Below are positions 39,695-49,894 of a stretch of 64,000 bases of DNA, piece after piece. Each line of letters opens with the position of its first letter. The stretch's first letter is position 1. A model generated the notes under the pieces. It did not search any database and was not told where the DNA came from. It saw only the letters and a program-made list of their open reading frames with translations. The DNA comes from Candidatus Poribacteria bacterium (GTDB lineage: Bacteria > Poribacteria > WGA-4E > WGA-3G), in the NCBI GenBank assembly GCA_965261125.1, contig CBDHCS010000005.1:4902-68901 (forward strand), read 5' to 3'. The position numbers and the translations under genes are program-made.

Positions 39695-40639
39695 ATGCAT
39701 AACATGGTAACACAAAAATATCTCTATCTTATGGCGATTCCGTCTCAACTGACAGAACTGGCATCAGCGGAATCGGTTGCGTTAACGGGTGCTGCTCCAG
39801 ATGCGTCCGGTATTACGGTTTCGGATACGTGTACTGATGTGTGCCGAGGTGCTTATCTCAAAAGTTGTACCGAAGTTCTCTTTGAAACCGGAAACGTATC
39901 AGAACTCTATGCAAATATTCGGTCTGCAGATTTGCATGCAGATGGATTTCGGGTGTCAGTTATCAAAAAGCCGCGCAACCTGAATGTTGACTCAATGGCA
40001 TTAGCCCGCGAGTTAGGCAGTTTCATTGAAGGCAAGCCAAATTTGTCGTCTCCGCGAGTTGTTTTTTTAACCGTTATTACCCCAGATAAAATTTGGTTCG
40101 GTAGACTTCTCTCTGAATCTGATGGCATGTGGGTTGCACACGATCAGCGTCCACATGTGACTTCCAGCTCATTACCTGCAAGACTTGCGCGCGCCCTCGT
40201 TAACCTTGTGGCTTCTCCCGGCGAACATCTGCTTGATCCGTGTTGTGGCACCGGTACGATTGTCATGTCGGCAGCACATTGCGGTGTGCAAGCATCGGGC
40301 TATGATATTAACCCGCGTATGGTCGGCGCAACAACCAAGAATCTGAAGCATTACGGACTTACAGCTGACGTGCAATTATGTGATGCGCGGACGATACAGC
40401 GGCAGTTTGACGTGATTGCTACAGACCTACCTTATGGCATAAGTCTTGTTAAAGATACTGCCGTGACTACTGAAATTTTAGGAAATCTACGGACGCGCGC
40501 GCCAAAAGCAGGGTTTATTGATATCCGTGACCTTAGCCAGCCGCTTACTGATTTAGGGTATCAAGTGGATAGCATTATTCCCGTTCCGAAGTTGCGTCTT
40601 GTTCGGCGTATTTTTATTACTTCCAGCGGCGATCAATAG
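39695..40639 (+). CDS. SAM-dependent RNA methyltransferase (UPF0020 / Trm11/RlmL-like, N6-adenine/guanine-N2 type)
   Basis: SAM motif LLDPCCGTGTIVMSAA and a DLPYG catalytic motif. Start uncertain (ATG at 39695 or 39704; the ORF is open from 39590). Confidence 0.65.
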   Translation: MHNMVTQKYLYLMAIPSQLTELASAESVALTGAAPDASGITVSDTCTDVCRGAYLKSCTEVLFETGNVSELYANIRSADLHADGFRVSVIKKPRNLNVDSMALARELGSFIEGKPNLSSPRVVFLTVITPDKIWFGRLLSESDGMWVAHDQRPHVTSSSLPARLARALVNLVASPGEHLLDPCCGTGTIVMSAAHCGVQASGYDINPRMVGATTKNLKHYGLTADVQLCDARTIQRQFDVIATDLPYGISLVKDTAVTTEILGNLRTRAPKAGFIDIRDLSQPLTDLGYQVDSIIPVPKLRLVRRIFITSSGDQ

Positions 40640-41079
40640 TCATCAATATTTTCGTAAAAATCAGTCTCCGGTAGGTACTCACCTTCGTCAAGCTCCTCCT
40701 CTTCATAGTCTTCATATTCGTCTAAATTCAAGAGTGAGTCAAGTTCACTCAGATTATCGATGTAGATTTTGCAAATCCAACCATCACCTTCCGGTACACT
40801 GTTGATGATTTCAATATCTTCTTCAAGTGCTGTATTGACTTCGTAAATCTCGCCAGCAACGGGTGCATAAAGATAAAAGTTTCCCCCGGTTTCGGTTTCA
40901 ATTCTACCAATAATTTCGCCTTGTTCGCACTCTTGTTCAGGGGACACATCAACAAAAATAATTTCGCCGTAAAGATGTTGGGCGCGTTCTGTGATGCCAA
41001 TAGTTCCCTCTGTGTCAACAACTTCAATCCATTCGTGCGTAGTTGTATATTTTACTGTGCTCAACGTGCATTCCTCCAA
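40633..41079 (-). CDS. Glycine-cleavage H-protein-like protein that lacks the lipoyl-lysine and has an acidic C-terminal tail
   Basis: HEWIEV...GITE...APVAGEIYEVNTALEEDIEIINSVPEGDGWICKI matches the GcvH fold. The ESVKA lipoylation motif is replaced by ETETG. Confidence 0.65.
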   Translation of the reverse strand: MEECTLSTVKYTTTHEWIEVVDTEGTIGITERAQHLYGEIIFVDVSPEQECEQGEIIGRIETETGGNFYLYAPVAGEIYEVNTALEEDIEIINSVPEGDGWICKIYIDNLSELDSLLNLDEYEDYEEEELDEGEYLPETDFYENIDDY

Positions 41080-41091
41080 TAAGCTAAAACC

Positions 41092-41694
41092 TTACTGTAA
41101 TTCTGTTTCTGTAATTCCAATACTTTGAAGCTGTGCTTTGAAAGTTTTTAACTCTTTTTGCTGAATCTGAATTGCGATATTTGGGGTTGGGTCATATTCA
41201 ATGTTTGTTACTTGACCTCCCAAGCGTTTACATAGTTTGACAACTGCACCTATATGAGAATAGGGGACACTTACGTCTAAGTTGTGATAAAAAGTCCGAG
41301 TTTCTAAAGTTGCATTTTTAAGGCATGCGCGTGCGCATGTGCCATAAGCTCTAATTAATCCACCAATTCCAAGGTTGGTCCCACCATAATACCGTGCAAC
41401 AACGATTATCGTATTAGATAATCCGGTAGCACGAATTGCAGTGAGGATAGGGGTTCCTGCGGAATGTATCGGTTCACCTGCATCAGTTGCATATTCAAGA
41501 TTTTTATTGCCACTACCGATGCGATAAGCATAACAGTAGTGTGTAGCTTGACGGATCCGCGCTCTAACATCAGCAACAAACTTTTTGACTGCATCGTGGC
41601 TATTTACTGCTGATGCTTCTCCAAAAAAACGAGACTTTTTCACTACATGTTTAGCGGTAGCGATTCCGACAATTGTTTGGTACTCGCTTGACAT
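41092..41694 (-). CDS. yigZ: IMPACT / YigZ family protein
   Basis: 200 aa. UPF0029 N-terminal motif (FFGEASAV....HYCYAYRIG). Confidence 0.75.
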   Translation of the reverse strand: MSSEYQTIVGIATAKHVVKKSRFFGEASAVNSHDAVKKFVADVRARIRQATHYCYAYRIGSGNKNLEYATDAGEPIHSAGTPILTAIRATGLSNTIIVVARYYGGTNLGIGGLIRAYGTCARACLKNATLETRTFYHNLDVSVPYSHIGAVVKLCKRLGGQVTNIEYDPTPNIAIQIQQKELKTFKAQLQSIGITETELQ

Positions 41695-41842
41695 AATTCT
41701 TGTTTTTGTAATATTGGATACTGTATCTATATAAAAGTTTGAAAGTTTTGTAGAGCAAACTGTCAGTTTGCGTTTTCACAAGCACAATCTCACAGATTAT
41801 GCTACAAAGAGGGCAACTTAGGTTAAAATGATCAAAGAGTGT

Positions 41843-43030
41843 TTAAAAATCCTGTCCGATTGAAAAAGTATAGACTGCAGTGCCTTGGACGATATGAATG
41901 CGTTCATCCTCAGACACACTCGGCTTGAATTGAGGGGTATAAGCGGCATTTAGTGTAATGTTTCCGAACCGTGCCCCAAATCCGAAGCAGAGACCTTCTG
42001 CTTTCCAATTTCGCTCCTCCATTTCAAACGTAGCATCTTCCAAAAGAAAAACCGAAGCGTAACGCTTTTCAGTGTCCCTAAGGTATCCGATTCTACCGCC
42101 GATACGGTCGTGAAACCAAACTTCAGCGCCAAGGTTCGCTCGGACACCATCACTAAAAGGAGGGTGTAAATCAAATCCGAGCCGTAAAGACACGTTTGAA
42201 ATTTCGCGTTGGTAAGTTATACCCGCAATAAGATTGCGGCGAATTTTATCTGGAATAACGGGATCAACAAACGACAATCCATTACTTAAATTACGGATGA
42301 CAATGCCTGCCTGAAGTGCATTTCCAAATTTCTGAATGAGTCCGATATCATAGACGTAACCACGTCCGAGATGCTCGGTTTCCGACGGATCGGTAACTTT
42401 AGACCGCAACCACTTTGCATCAAATCCAATGAAGGTGCCTCTGAAACAATTTACACCGTAACCGAGTCCAATAGCAAGGTTATTTTTTGGAAAACTATTG
42501 AGTGCTTTTCCTTCGTGGTCGACACGGCGAAAGGATCCTTCATGTGCTGTAGATAAAGCAAAACCTATAGTGCCGAATCTGCCTATTGGAAATGCGCAAT
42601 TCAATGTTTCAATACCGGCAGCACGCTGTTCATACTGGCTATAATCCTCGTAGTTTGCATTGAAATTCGGTTTAGAAAGGAGGGCAACGGTCCGTGGAAA
42701 ACGTGCCATGTGAATTACAAATTGATCTCCCTTAGCAACACCGATACCAGCGGGGTTGTTACCAAGCGCGTTTGCGCCAGTGGTTGCCCCGACAAAACTT
42801 CCACCCATTCCACGATGCTCAGCACCAAGCAACTGTTTGAGAAATCTGTCTGCTTCTGCAGTTGTATTTGCCACTGAGGCGGTACCATTTGAAACATAAA
42901 AACAGGAAACAAGGTAGAATAGGCAAATCAACAAAGATATTTTTAAATACTGTAGTGACTGAATCTGGCAGAGCGAGGATCGTAAATTTCTTTTCACTTT
43001 CTTACTTACTCCAAGGGCATATTGTAGCAT
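41843..43030 (-). CDS. Putative outer-membrane beta-barrel protein
   Basis: Signal-like segment, alternating amphipathic strands, C-terminal ...YTFSIGQDF ending in Phe. The ATG at 43030 lies inside a repeat; a GTG at 42997 is an alternative start. Confidence 0.45.
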   Translation of the reverse strand: MLQYALGVSKKVKRNLRSSLCQIQSLQYLKISLLICLFYLVSCFYVSNGTASVANTTAEADRFLKQLLGAEHRGMGGSFVGATTGANALGNNPAGIGVAKGDQFVIHMARFPRTVALLSKPNFNANYEDYSQYEQRAAGIETLNCAFPIGRFGTIGFALSTAHEGSFRRVDHEGKALNSFPKNNLAIGLGYGVNCFRGTFIGFDAKWLRSKVTDPSETEHLGRGYVYDIGLIQKFGNALQAGIVIRNLSNGLSFVDPVIPDKIRRNLIAGITYQREISNVSLRLGFDLHPPFSDGVRANLGAEVWFHDRIGGRIGYLRDTEKRYASVFLLEDATFEMEERNWKAEGLCFGFGARFGNITLNAAYTPQFKPSVSEDERIHIVQGTAVYTFSIGQDF

Positions 43031-43300
43031 AATCTGTTAGATTGTGCTTATGAGTGCGCAAACTGAATGAAGTTTAAGAAAATAAATCGGTAATTTGGCG
43101 AGGTTAGGAAGAAATCAAGAAATCAACGGTATGAATGACATTTAGTCATTCCCCGGGTATGAATACCATTTAGGTATTCCCCGCCTCGCCAGCGGGGAGT
43201 ACACCTACCTCGTACGGATAGAAAATTACCGAATTAATAAATCAATCTTCATACAGTTTGCGCTACGAAATTTCGTGAATTGTGTCTGTATATTAGGTTA
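43018..43300. repeat. Family-D composite MITE, copy 6, with outer GTAGCATAATCTGTTAGATTGTGC flank
   Basis: Same internal order as copy 7 (49570). Confidence 0.7.
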
Positions 43301-43301
43301 T

Positions 43302-43697
43302 CTAAGCTGAACATAGTGTCACCTGTGCGACAGCATAATTAACTGTGTGCGACAGGCTAACAAAGGTTGTGACAACGCCGAGTTCTGATGCATATTGCTT
43401 TACTTTTCCGTGCAAAACAAGCGAAGGTTTTCCAAGAGCGTCCGCGCAAATTTCTACATCCTGCCAATTCATTCCAGTGGTTAAACCGGTACCGAGTGCT
43501 TTAAGGGTTGCCTCCTTTGCAGCAAAGCGGGCGGCAAGCCGTGCGTAACGCGTTTGTGTTTCTCCGCAATAGGCAAGTTCTTGAGGCGTATAGACGCGAT
43601 GCTCAAACCTACTGCCCCATCGAAGCGATAGATGCCTAATCCGTTCAACCTCAATAATATCAATACCAATTCCTTGGATATTTTGTTGGAGCATCAA
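43302..43697 (-). CDS. acpS: Holo-[acyl-carrier-protein] synthase
   Basis: 131 aa. GIGIDIIEVERI motif. Confidence 0.85.
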   Translation of the reverse strand: MMLQQNIQGIGIDIIEVERIRHLSLRWGSRFEHRVYTPQELAYCGETQTRYARLAARFAAKEATLKALGTGLTTGMNWQDVEICADALGKPSLVLHGKVKQYASELGVVTTFVSLSHTVNYAVAQVTLCSA

Positions 43698-43718
43698 TTT
43701 TTGTGAGTTGTTTACGTT

Positions 43719-44546
43719 TCACCGATAAAGAGTATCTATCATCCGTGCTGCACGGACTGTAGCCTTAACATCATGGACGCGTACAATATCTGCCCCATGT
43801 GTGATTGCCCAACAGGCCGTAGCGAGAGAGCCTTCAACCCTTTCAGTTACAGGAAGGTCTAATAAGTTGCCAATAAAGGATTTTCGTGATGTGCCGATTA
43901 ATATCGGCTTGTTTAGTTGTCTGAATACGTCAAGATGTTTTAAAACCTGTAAATTCTGTTTGATAGTTTTGCCGAATCCGATGCCAGGGTCTACAATTAT
44001 ACGGTTTGGATCAATGCCATTTTGTATTGCATCGTCAATCCAACTTTCTAATGCCTCGTAAATTTCTTTCACGACATTTTGATACTGTGGTGCCTGTTGC
44101 ATTGTACGTGGTGTCCCCTTCATGTGCATAAGTATAACACCCGCTTCCATTTCTGCTGCAACGTGTGCCATCGCGGCATCCCTACGAAGTGCGGTAATAT
44201 CGTTGATGATATGTGCCCCAGCTTCAAGTGCTTGTTGTGCTACCACTGCTTTTGTAGTATCAATGGAAAGTGGAACATTTAGTTGTTCAGAAACAACTGC
44301 ACGGATAACCGGTAATATCCTTTCTAATTCTACTTTTGCTGTCACCGGTTCCGCCCCTGGGCGCGATGATTCCCCGCCGATGTCAATAATAGTTGCCCCT
44401 TCTGCTACCATGGTTTTGGCATGCGCAACAGCAGTGCCAACATCAAGATAAGCACCGCCATCCGAAAATGAATCGGGGGTAACATTTAGAACACCCATGA
44501 TGTGGGTGCTGTCGCCAAAAGAGAGCGATTTACCACGGCAGTTCAT
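43719..44546 (-). CDS. folP: Dihydropteroate synthase
   Basis: [14 protein letters not shown] pterin-binding signature. Confidence 0.9.
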   Translation of the reverse strand: MNCRGKSLSFGDSTHIMGVLNVTPDSFSDGGAYLDVGTAVAHAKTMVAEGATIIDIGGESSRPGAEPVTAKVELERILPVIRAVVSEQLNVPLSIDTTKAVVAQQALEAGAHIINDITALRRDAAMAHVAAEMEAGVILMHMKGTPRTMQQAPQYQNVVKEIYEALESWIDDAIQNGIDPNRIIVDPGIGFGKTIKQNLQVLKHLDVFRQLNKPILIGTSRKSFIGNLLDLPVTERVEGSLATACWAITHGADIVRVHDVKATVRAARMIDTLYR

Positions 44547-46454
44547 ATAAGAGGCTTAGCGGGCAACTGCGGCCGGGGTCCGAGTATCTCTTCAATTTCT
44601 TCAGTAATTAACGTTTCTCGTTCTAACAAGGCATCGGCGAGTAATTTCAAACCCTCAAGATTCGTTTCTATAATCTCTTTTGCCTTTTCGTAACACTCCG
44701 TTATGATGTCAAAAACAGCTTTATCAATAGCAATTGCTGTTTCTTCACTGTAATCCTGGTGTACTGCCAGTTCTTTGCCCAGGAAGACCTGTTCATCTCT
44801 TCTGCCGAAAGCCAATGGTCCCAATGGACTCATCCCCCATTGTGTGACCATTCGACGGGCAAGATGGGTTGCTTGTTCAAAATCGTTTTGTGCGCCAGTC
44901 GTCTGCTCACCGAAGATAATTTCTTCAGCTACACGCCCACCGAGTGCAAAAATAATATGTGCAAGGAGTCCCTTCTTATTTAGATTATGTCGTTCTTCCA
45001 GGGGTAGCTTAGCTGTTACGCCCAACGCTCTCCCACGCGGAACGATTGTACATTTATAGTTAGGGTCACTTTCTGGCACAAAATGCAACATGAGCGCATG
45101 TCCTGCTTCATGATAGGCAGTGATGCGCCGTTCTTCGTCACTAATCACCAAACTACGACGTTCAGGTCCCATCAGAACGCGATCTTTCGCTTCATCAAAG
45201 CAGCTCATATCAATCGTTTCTTTGTCTTGCCTCGCGGCAAGGAGCGCGGCTTCGTTCGCCATATTTTTCAGGTCCGCTCCTGAAAATCCAGGTGTCGCTT
45301 TCGCTAAGATCTCCAAGTTGACATCTTCAGCTATTTTATAAGGTTCTTTTGTGTGAACGTCAAGAATCGCTTGCCTGCCTCGAACATCGGGTAAATCAAC
45401 GATAATCTGACGGTCAAACCTGCCGGGGCGCAATAGGGCAGGGTCAAGAACATCCGGACGGTTTGTAGCTGCGATCACGATGACACCTTCAGACGACTCA
45501 AAACCTTGCATGCCGACAAGCAGTTGATTTAAAGTTTGTTCGCGTTCGTCATGCCCGCCGCCGATGCCAGCCCCTCGATGGCGACCCACAGCATCAAGCT
45601 CATCAATAAAAATGATACAAGGTGCGTTCTTTTTACCCGTTTCAAATAGGTCACGGACTCTGGATGCACCCACCCCGACAAACATTTCAACAAAATCGGA
45701 TCCGCTGATGGTAAAAAATGGGACATCTGCTTCACTTGCAACGGCTTGCGCCAGCATTGTTTTACCCGTACCGGGGGGGACCGACTAACAACACACCTGT
45801 AGGAATTGTTCCACCCAGTCTCTCAAACTTTTTAGGTGCTTTGAGAAATTCAATAATTTCTTCAAGTGCCTCTTTTGCCTCATCTACCCCTGCGACATCT
45901 TCAAACTTTGGTAACTTTTCGTTTTCCGTATGGAGTGTGGCACGACTTTTACCAAAGGAAAGTGCGCGGTTTCCGCTCCCTTGCATCTGCCGAGATAGAA
46001 AAATCATCAACCCCAAAAATATCAATAACGGAACTATTGTTGTGCCGAAAACGAGTAACCAATTAGGAAAATTAGAGGCAGGTTTGGCATTGTACGGGAT
46101 GCCGACGTTATCAAGTCTTTCCTGGATTCCATAATCGTCATTTGTATCACGGCTTGCCTTAAATTCTCCTGCCCATTTTTCAGGCACCACCATATTTGGG
46201 CTTTCCAATTCTATCCTAATTTCCATCAGATAATTCTCGTGAAACTTACCTTCAATCCACTCGTCATCAAGAATCAAATGCCCATCAAAGCGGTTACCTT
46301 TATCCTTTACGTAGTTTGGATCTATGTAGTTATGAAAGTCGGATGTTGCTAACTGGATAACAAGGTCGCCACGGTTGATAAGTTGGTAAATAGCGACAAC
46401 AACAACTAACCCCAAAATAAACCACACAAACATGTTTTTTGTGTTCTTGTTCAC
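44543..46454 (-). CDS. ftsH: ATP-dependent zinc metalloprotease FtsH, interrupted inside the Walker A motif by a 1-bp insertion in a C7 run (plus-strand G7 at about 45769..45776)
   Basis: N-terminal ORF ends ...LLVGPPRYG*. Removing one C restores [16 protein letters not shown]-terminal ORF has the AAA and HEAGH protease domains. ftsH-folP synteny as in other bacteria. Confidence 0.85.
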
Positions 46455-46783
46455 AACTTATTGCCTCGTTTTGATTAAAATTTACCACACTTTGAGCGAT
46501 GCCGTAGACCATAGCACGCATTCAGAACAACCACTCAAATTATGCACGCTCACGTAATTTTAGCGGCAATCTGCTTCTTCTGTGTCTGTTTTTAGAAAAG
46601 ATGTTTAAACTTTGTGAGTAAATTATAACATACTTTTTGCTTAATATCAACTGAAATTTTAAAATTCCTTCTCATGACCATTCTTCACTATATTTCTATC
46701 CCCATCAATAACTTATTGCAAATCCGCTATATTTTAAGATATACTGTAGGAAAAGATAAACAGATAAATAGGATTTTGATAAA

Positions 46784-47962
46784 GTGCGTATTATTTTTTA
46801 TACGGGCAAAGGTGGTGTCGGCAAAACGACTATCTCTGCTGCGACAGGCATGAAGTTGGCATCGCTTGGATATAAGACGCTTGTTATCTCACTTGACGTA
46901 GCACATTCGCTCCGCGACTCGTTTGATAGTGAAGCGTCCCTGATAGCAGAGCGTACCGAAAAACAGATACACATCTGCGACAATCTCTGGATACAGGAAA
47001 TTAACGTTCAAGAAGCGATTACTGAATATTGGGATGAGGTTTACAACTACATCCGTTCTTTACTGAATCGTTCTGGTCTTGAAACGCTTGTAGCAGAAGA
47101 GATAGCTGTATTTCCGGGGATGGAAGAGATCTGCGCGCTGCTTTACATCAACCAGTATGTCCGTGAAAACACATACGACGTTATTATCCTTGACTGTGCG
47201 CCGACAGGTGAATCGTTGCGGTTTGTTAGTATCCCTACTACGCTTGAATGGTATATGAACCGCATCTTCAAATTAGAGCGGAATCTTGCAAGAATCGCAG
47301 GGCCTGTGATTGAAAAGGTCAGTTCTGTCCCATTACCAAAGGATGCTTATTTCCAAAATATCCAGAACCTCTTTGATAAATTAGAAGGGATTGATACAGT
47401 ACTAACGGACCCGAAAATTACAACTGTGCGCTTGGTAACAAACCCAGAAAAAATTGTCATCAAAGAGACACAACGTGCATTTATGTACTTCTGTCTTTAC
47501 GGGTTATGTATTGATGCGGTCATTATTAACCGTATTTTTCCTGAGGGTATTGATGTAAAGTTTTTTGAAGCTTGGAAACAGACACAACAGCAATATATTG
47601 AAGAAGCCGAGAACTATTTTTCGGATGTGCCAATTTGGAAGGTTAATCTTTTTGACGATCAGATTGTTGGGGAAACAGGACTCCGTAGGTTAGGAGATGT
47701 CCTCTATCCTGACATTGATCCTGCAGAAAAGTTCTCGGATCAAAGTCCGTATCAATTTCGGAAAGTTGACGGTATTTATCAACTTGTGATGCAGCTTCCA
47801 TTTTTAACCAAGCAAGAAGTTAACCTTGCCAAGCATGGTGATGAATTAATCGTTACAATTGGCGGTTTCAAGCGACATGTTGCTTTACCACGCAGCCTTG
47901 CAAGCACTAAAGCAACAGGAGCAAAACTCACTGGACAGCAACTTGTTATTACCTTTCAATAA
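46784..47962 (+). CDS. ArsA/Get3-family P-loop ATPase fused to a C-terminal Hsp20/alpha-crystallin-like domain
   Basis: GTG start. GKGGVGKTT P-loop and DCAPTGESLRF signature. The C-terminal about 90 aa form an HSP20-like beta-sandwich (GDELIVTIGGFKRHVALP). Confidence 0.75.
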   Translation: MRIIFYTGKGGVGKTTISAATGMKLASLGYKTLVISLDVAHSLRDSFDSEASLIAERTEKQIHICDNLWIQEINVQEAITEYWDEVYNYIRSLLNRSGLETLVAEEIAVFPGMEEICALLYINQYVRENTYDVIILDCAPTGESLRFVSIPTTLEWYMNRIFKLERNLARIAGPVIEKVSSVPLPKDAYFQNIQNLFDKLEGIDTVLTDPKITTVRLVTNPEKIVIKETQRAFMYFCLYGLCIDAVIINRIFPEGIDVKFFEAWKQTQQQYIEEAENYFSDVPIWKVNLFDDQIVGETGLRRLGDVLYPDIDPAEKFSDQSPYQFRKVDGIYQLVMQLPFLTKQEVNLAKHGDELIVTIGGFKRHVALPRSLASTKATGAKLTGQQLVITFQ

Positions 47963-48039
47963 ACTTTTTGTAAATTCATACGTCTCATATTGCGCTTTAA
48001 AGGAATGAATCTCAATACAGATAAGAGCGTATTAACCAA

Positions 48040-48813
48040 ATGATGATATTTCCAATTCCGAGAAGGAAAAAAGGTGAACCATTTAGTGACGAACAAACTC
48101 CGCCACGCCATTACTTAGTTAATACCCTCACAGATAAAGCCGTACTTACTGTAGCCTTTACCACATTTTTAACGTTCTTATTACTGTTTTTATTACCGAT
48201 CAGGTCGTTAGGTATCGGCGCTATCTGGTGGCTTTACCCAAACCTATTGATTGCAATCGGATGGTTTGGCTATCTCATCCGATTAAATAGAAATATCGCT
48301 GAGGATGAATCGTCCCAATTGTTATTCCATAGTGTTTTATTTGGATCGGCAGCTACAGCAACATACTTGCCGTTGGACTGGTTATTTTCGAGAGAATTGC
48401 GGTTTATCGTCTACACCAGTTACGATTTTTGGGTAAATGTAACGACACCTATTGGCTTGATAATGACTTGGGTGCTTTTCGCAACATTAGCCGTTTACTG
48501 CTACCATCGGCTTGAAATGTTCGGTCTGCACCGTTTCGCTGCTTCAGGGATAACAGGGATTGCCGCTGCGATTGGAAGCATCGTTATCTACGGACTTGGA
48601 AAAGAACTATGGGAATGGAATGTCCTGCGTGTTGATAATATTCCACACATTGCAACCGTTCCAATTTTTATCCCAATTACATTTTTACTTACCTACACCC
48701 TCTATCCTTACTACTTTCACCGTAGGCAACATGCATTGATAGCTGGGATACGGTGTGGGCTTTTCATGGGAATGGTGATGTTTTTGAGTTTTTTCGTCTT
48801 TTGGCGTATATAA
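48040..48813 (+). CDS. Polytopic membrane protein, unknown function
   Basis: 257 aa with about 6 predicted TM helices. Immediately downstream of the ArsA-Hsp20 gene. Confidence 0.45.
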   Translation: MMIFPIPRRKKGEPFSDEQTPPRHYLVNTLTDKAVLTVAFTTFLTFLLLFLLPIRSLGIGAIWWLYPNLLIAIGWFGYLIRLNRNIAEDESSQLLFHSVLFGSAATATYLPLDWLFSRELRFIVYTSYDFWVNVTTPIGLIMTWVLFATLAVYCYHRLEMFGLHRFAASGITGIAAAIGSIVIYGLGKELWEWNVLRVDNIPHIATVPIFIPITFLLTYTLYPYYFHRRQHALIAGIRCGLFMGMVMFLSFFVFWRI

Positions 48814-48927
48814 AAGTAAGAAGCAGGATAATTAACGTTTGACAAATCATAGATTAGGCGCGCGGATGTAAACTCAACCTCTTTAGAAAATATGGCATGA
48901 AAGGATTCGTTAGCATTAGGAAAAAAC

Positions 48928-49488
48928 ATGGACTTACTTGAAAAGAAAAGGATACGTTCAACAACGATATTGGCGGTACGTCGTAACGGGCAAATCGCTA
49001 TTGGTGGAGATGGTCAGGTTACGTTAGGTGATACGGCTATTAAACATAGTGCTCGTAAAATTCGTAAGATTTATCAGGATAGTGTTCTTATCGGGTTCGC
49101 GGGGTCTGGTTCAGATGCGCTTACCCTCTATGAAAATTTAGAGAAGAAATTGGAACAGTACCGAGGCAACCTGCAGAAAGCTTCGGTGGAGCTCGCAAGA
49201 GATTGGCGTAGTGATCGTATTCTTAGACGTGCGGAAGCTTTGATGATAGCGATCAATGAAAACGATAGCTATCTGATTTCTGGTAACGGCGATCTCATCA
49301 TCCCTGACGACGATATTCTCGCTATTGGTTCAGGTGGTTCAATTGCGCTCTCTGCTTCCCGAGCTTTACTTAAATACTCAGAGCTGACCGCCGCTGAGGT
49401 TGTCGCTGAAGCATTAAAAATTACGAGTGAAATCTGCATCTACACAAACGCGCAGATTGAAATTGAATCAATTGAAACTGAAGAATAG
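48928..49488 (+). CDS. hslV: ATP-dependent protease subunit HslV
   Basis: TTILAVRRNG...GGDGQVT N-terminal Thr active-site region. Confidence 0.9.
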   Translation: MDLLEKKRIRSTTILAVRRNGQIAIGGDGQVTLGDTAIKHSARKIRKIYQDSVLIGFAGSGSDALTLYENLEKKLEQYRGNLQKASVELARDWRSDRILRRAEALMIAINENDSYLISGNGDLIIPDDDILAIGSGGSIALSASRALLKYSELTAAEVVAEALKITSEICIYTNAQIEIESIETEE

Positions 49489-49569
49489 GATAACCCAAGT
49501 TGCTACCTATAAGTTTTTAGACATGCAAATACCGTTTTTTATTGAGAATAGTTCGTTATAGGTGAACTA

Positions 49570-49826
49570 TTGTAGAGCAACCTGTTAGGTTGCGTCCGCT
49601 ACGGCACAACCTAAATGAAGTTTAAGAAAATAAATCCTAAATGAAGTTTAAGAAAATAAATCGGTAATTTGGCGAGGTTAGGAAGAAATCAACGGTATGA
49701 ATGCCATTAAGGCATTCCCCGCCTTGCCAGCGGGGAGTACACCTACCTCATACGGATAGAAAATTACCGAATTAATAAATTAATCTTCATACAGATTGTG
49801 CTACAGAGATGGCAACTTAGATTAGG
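49570..49826. repeat. Family-D composite MITE, copy 7, inserted between hslV and hslU. Contains an internal 27-bp tandem duplication CCTAAATGAAGTTTAAGAAAATAAATC
   Basis: Read directly; same module order as copy 6. Confidence 0.75.
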
Positions 49827-49894
49827 ATATTCAAAATTTCTGTTATTTTGGTTGCGGCACAGCGGATGTGCCACCACCTTTTTAGGAGGTTACA

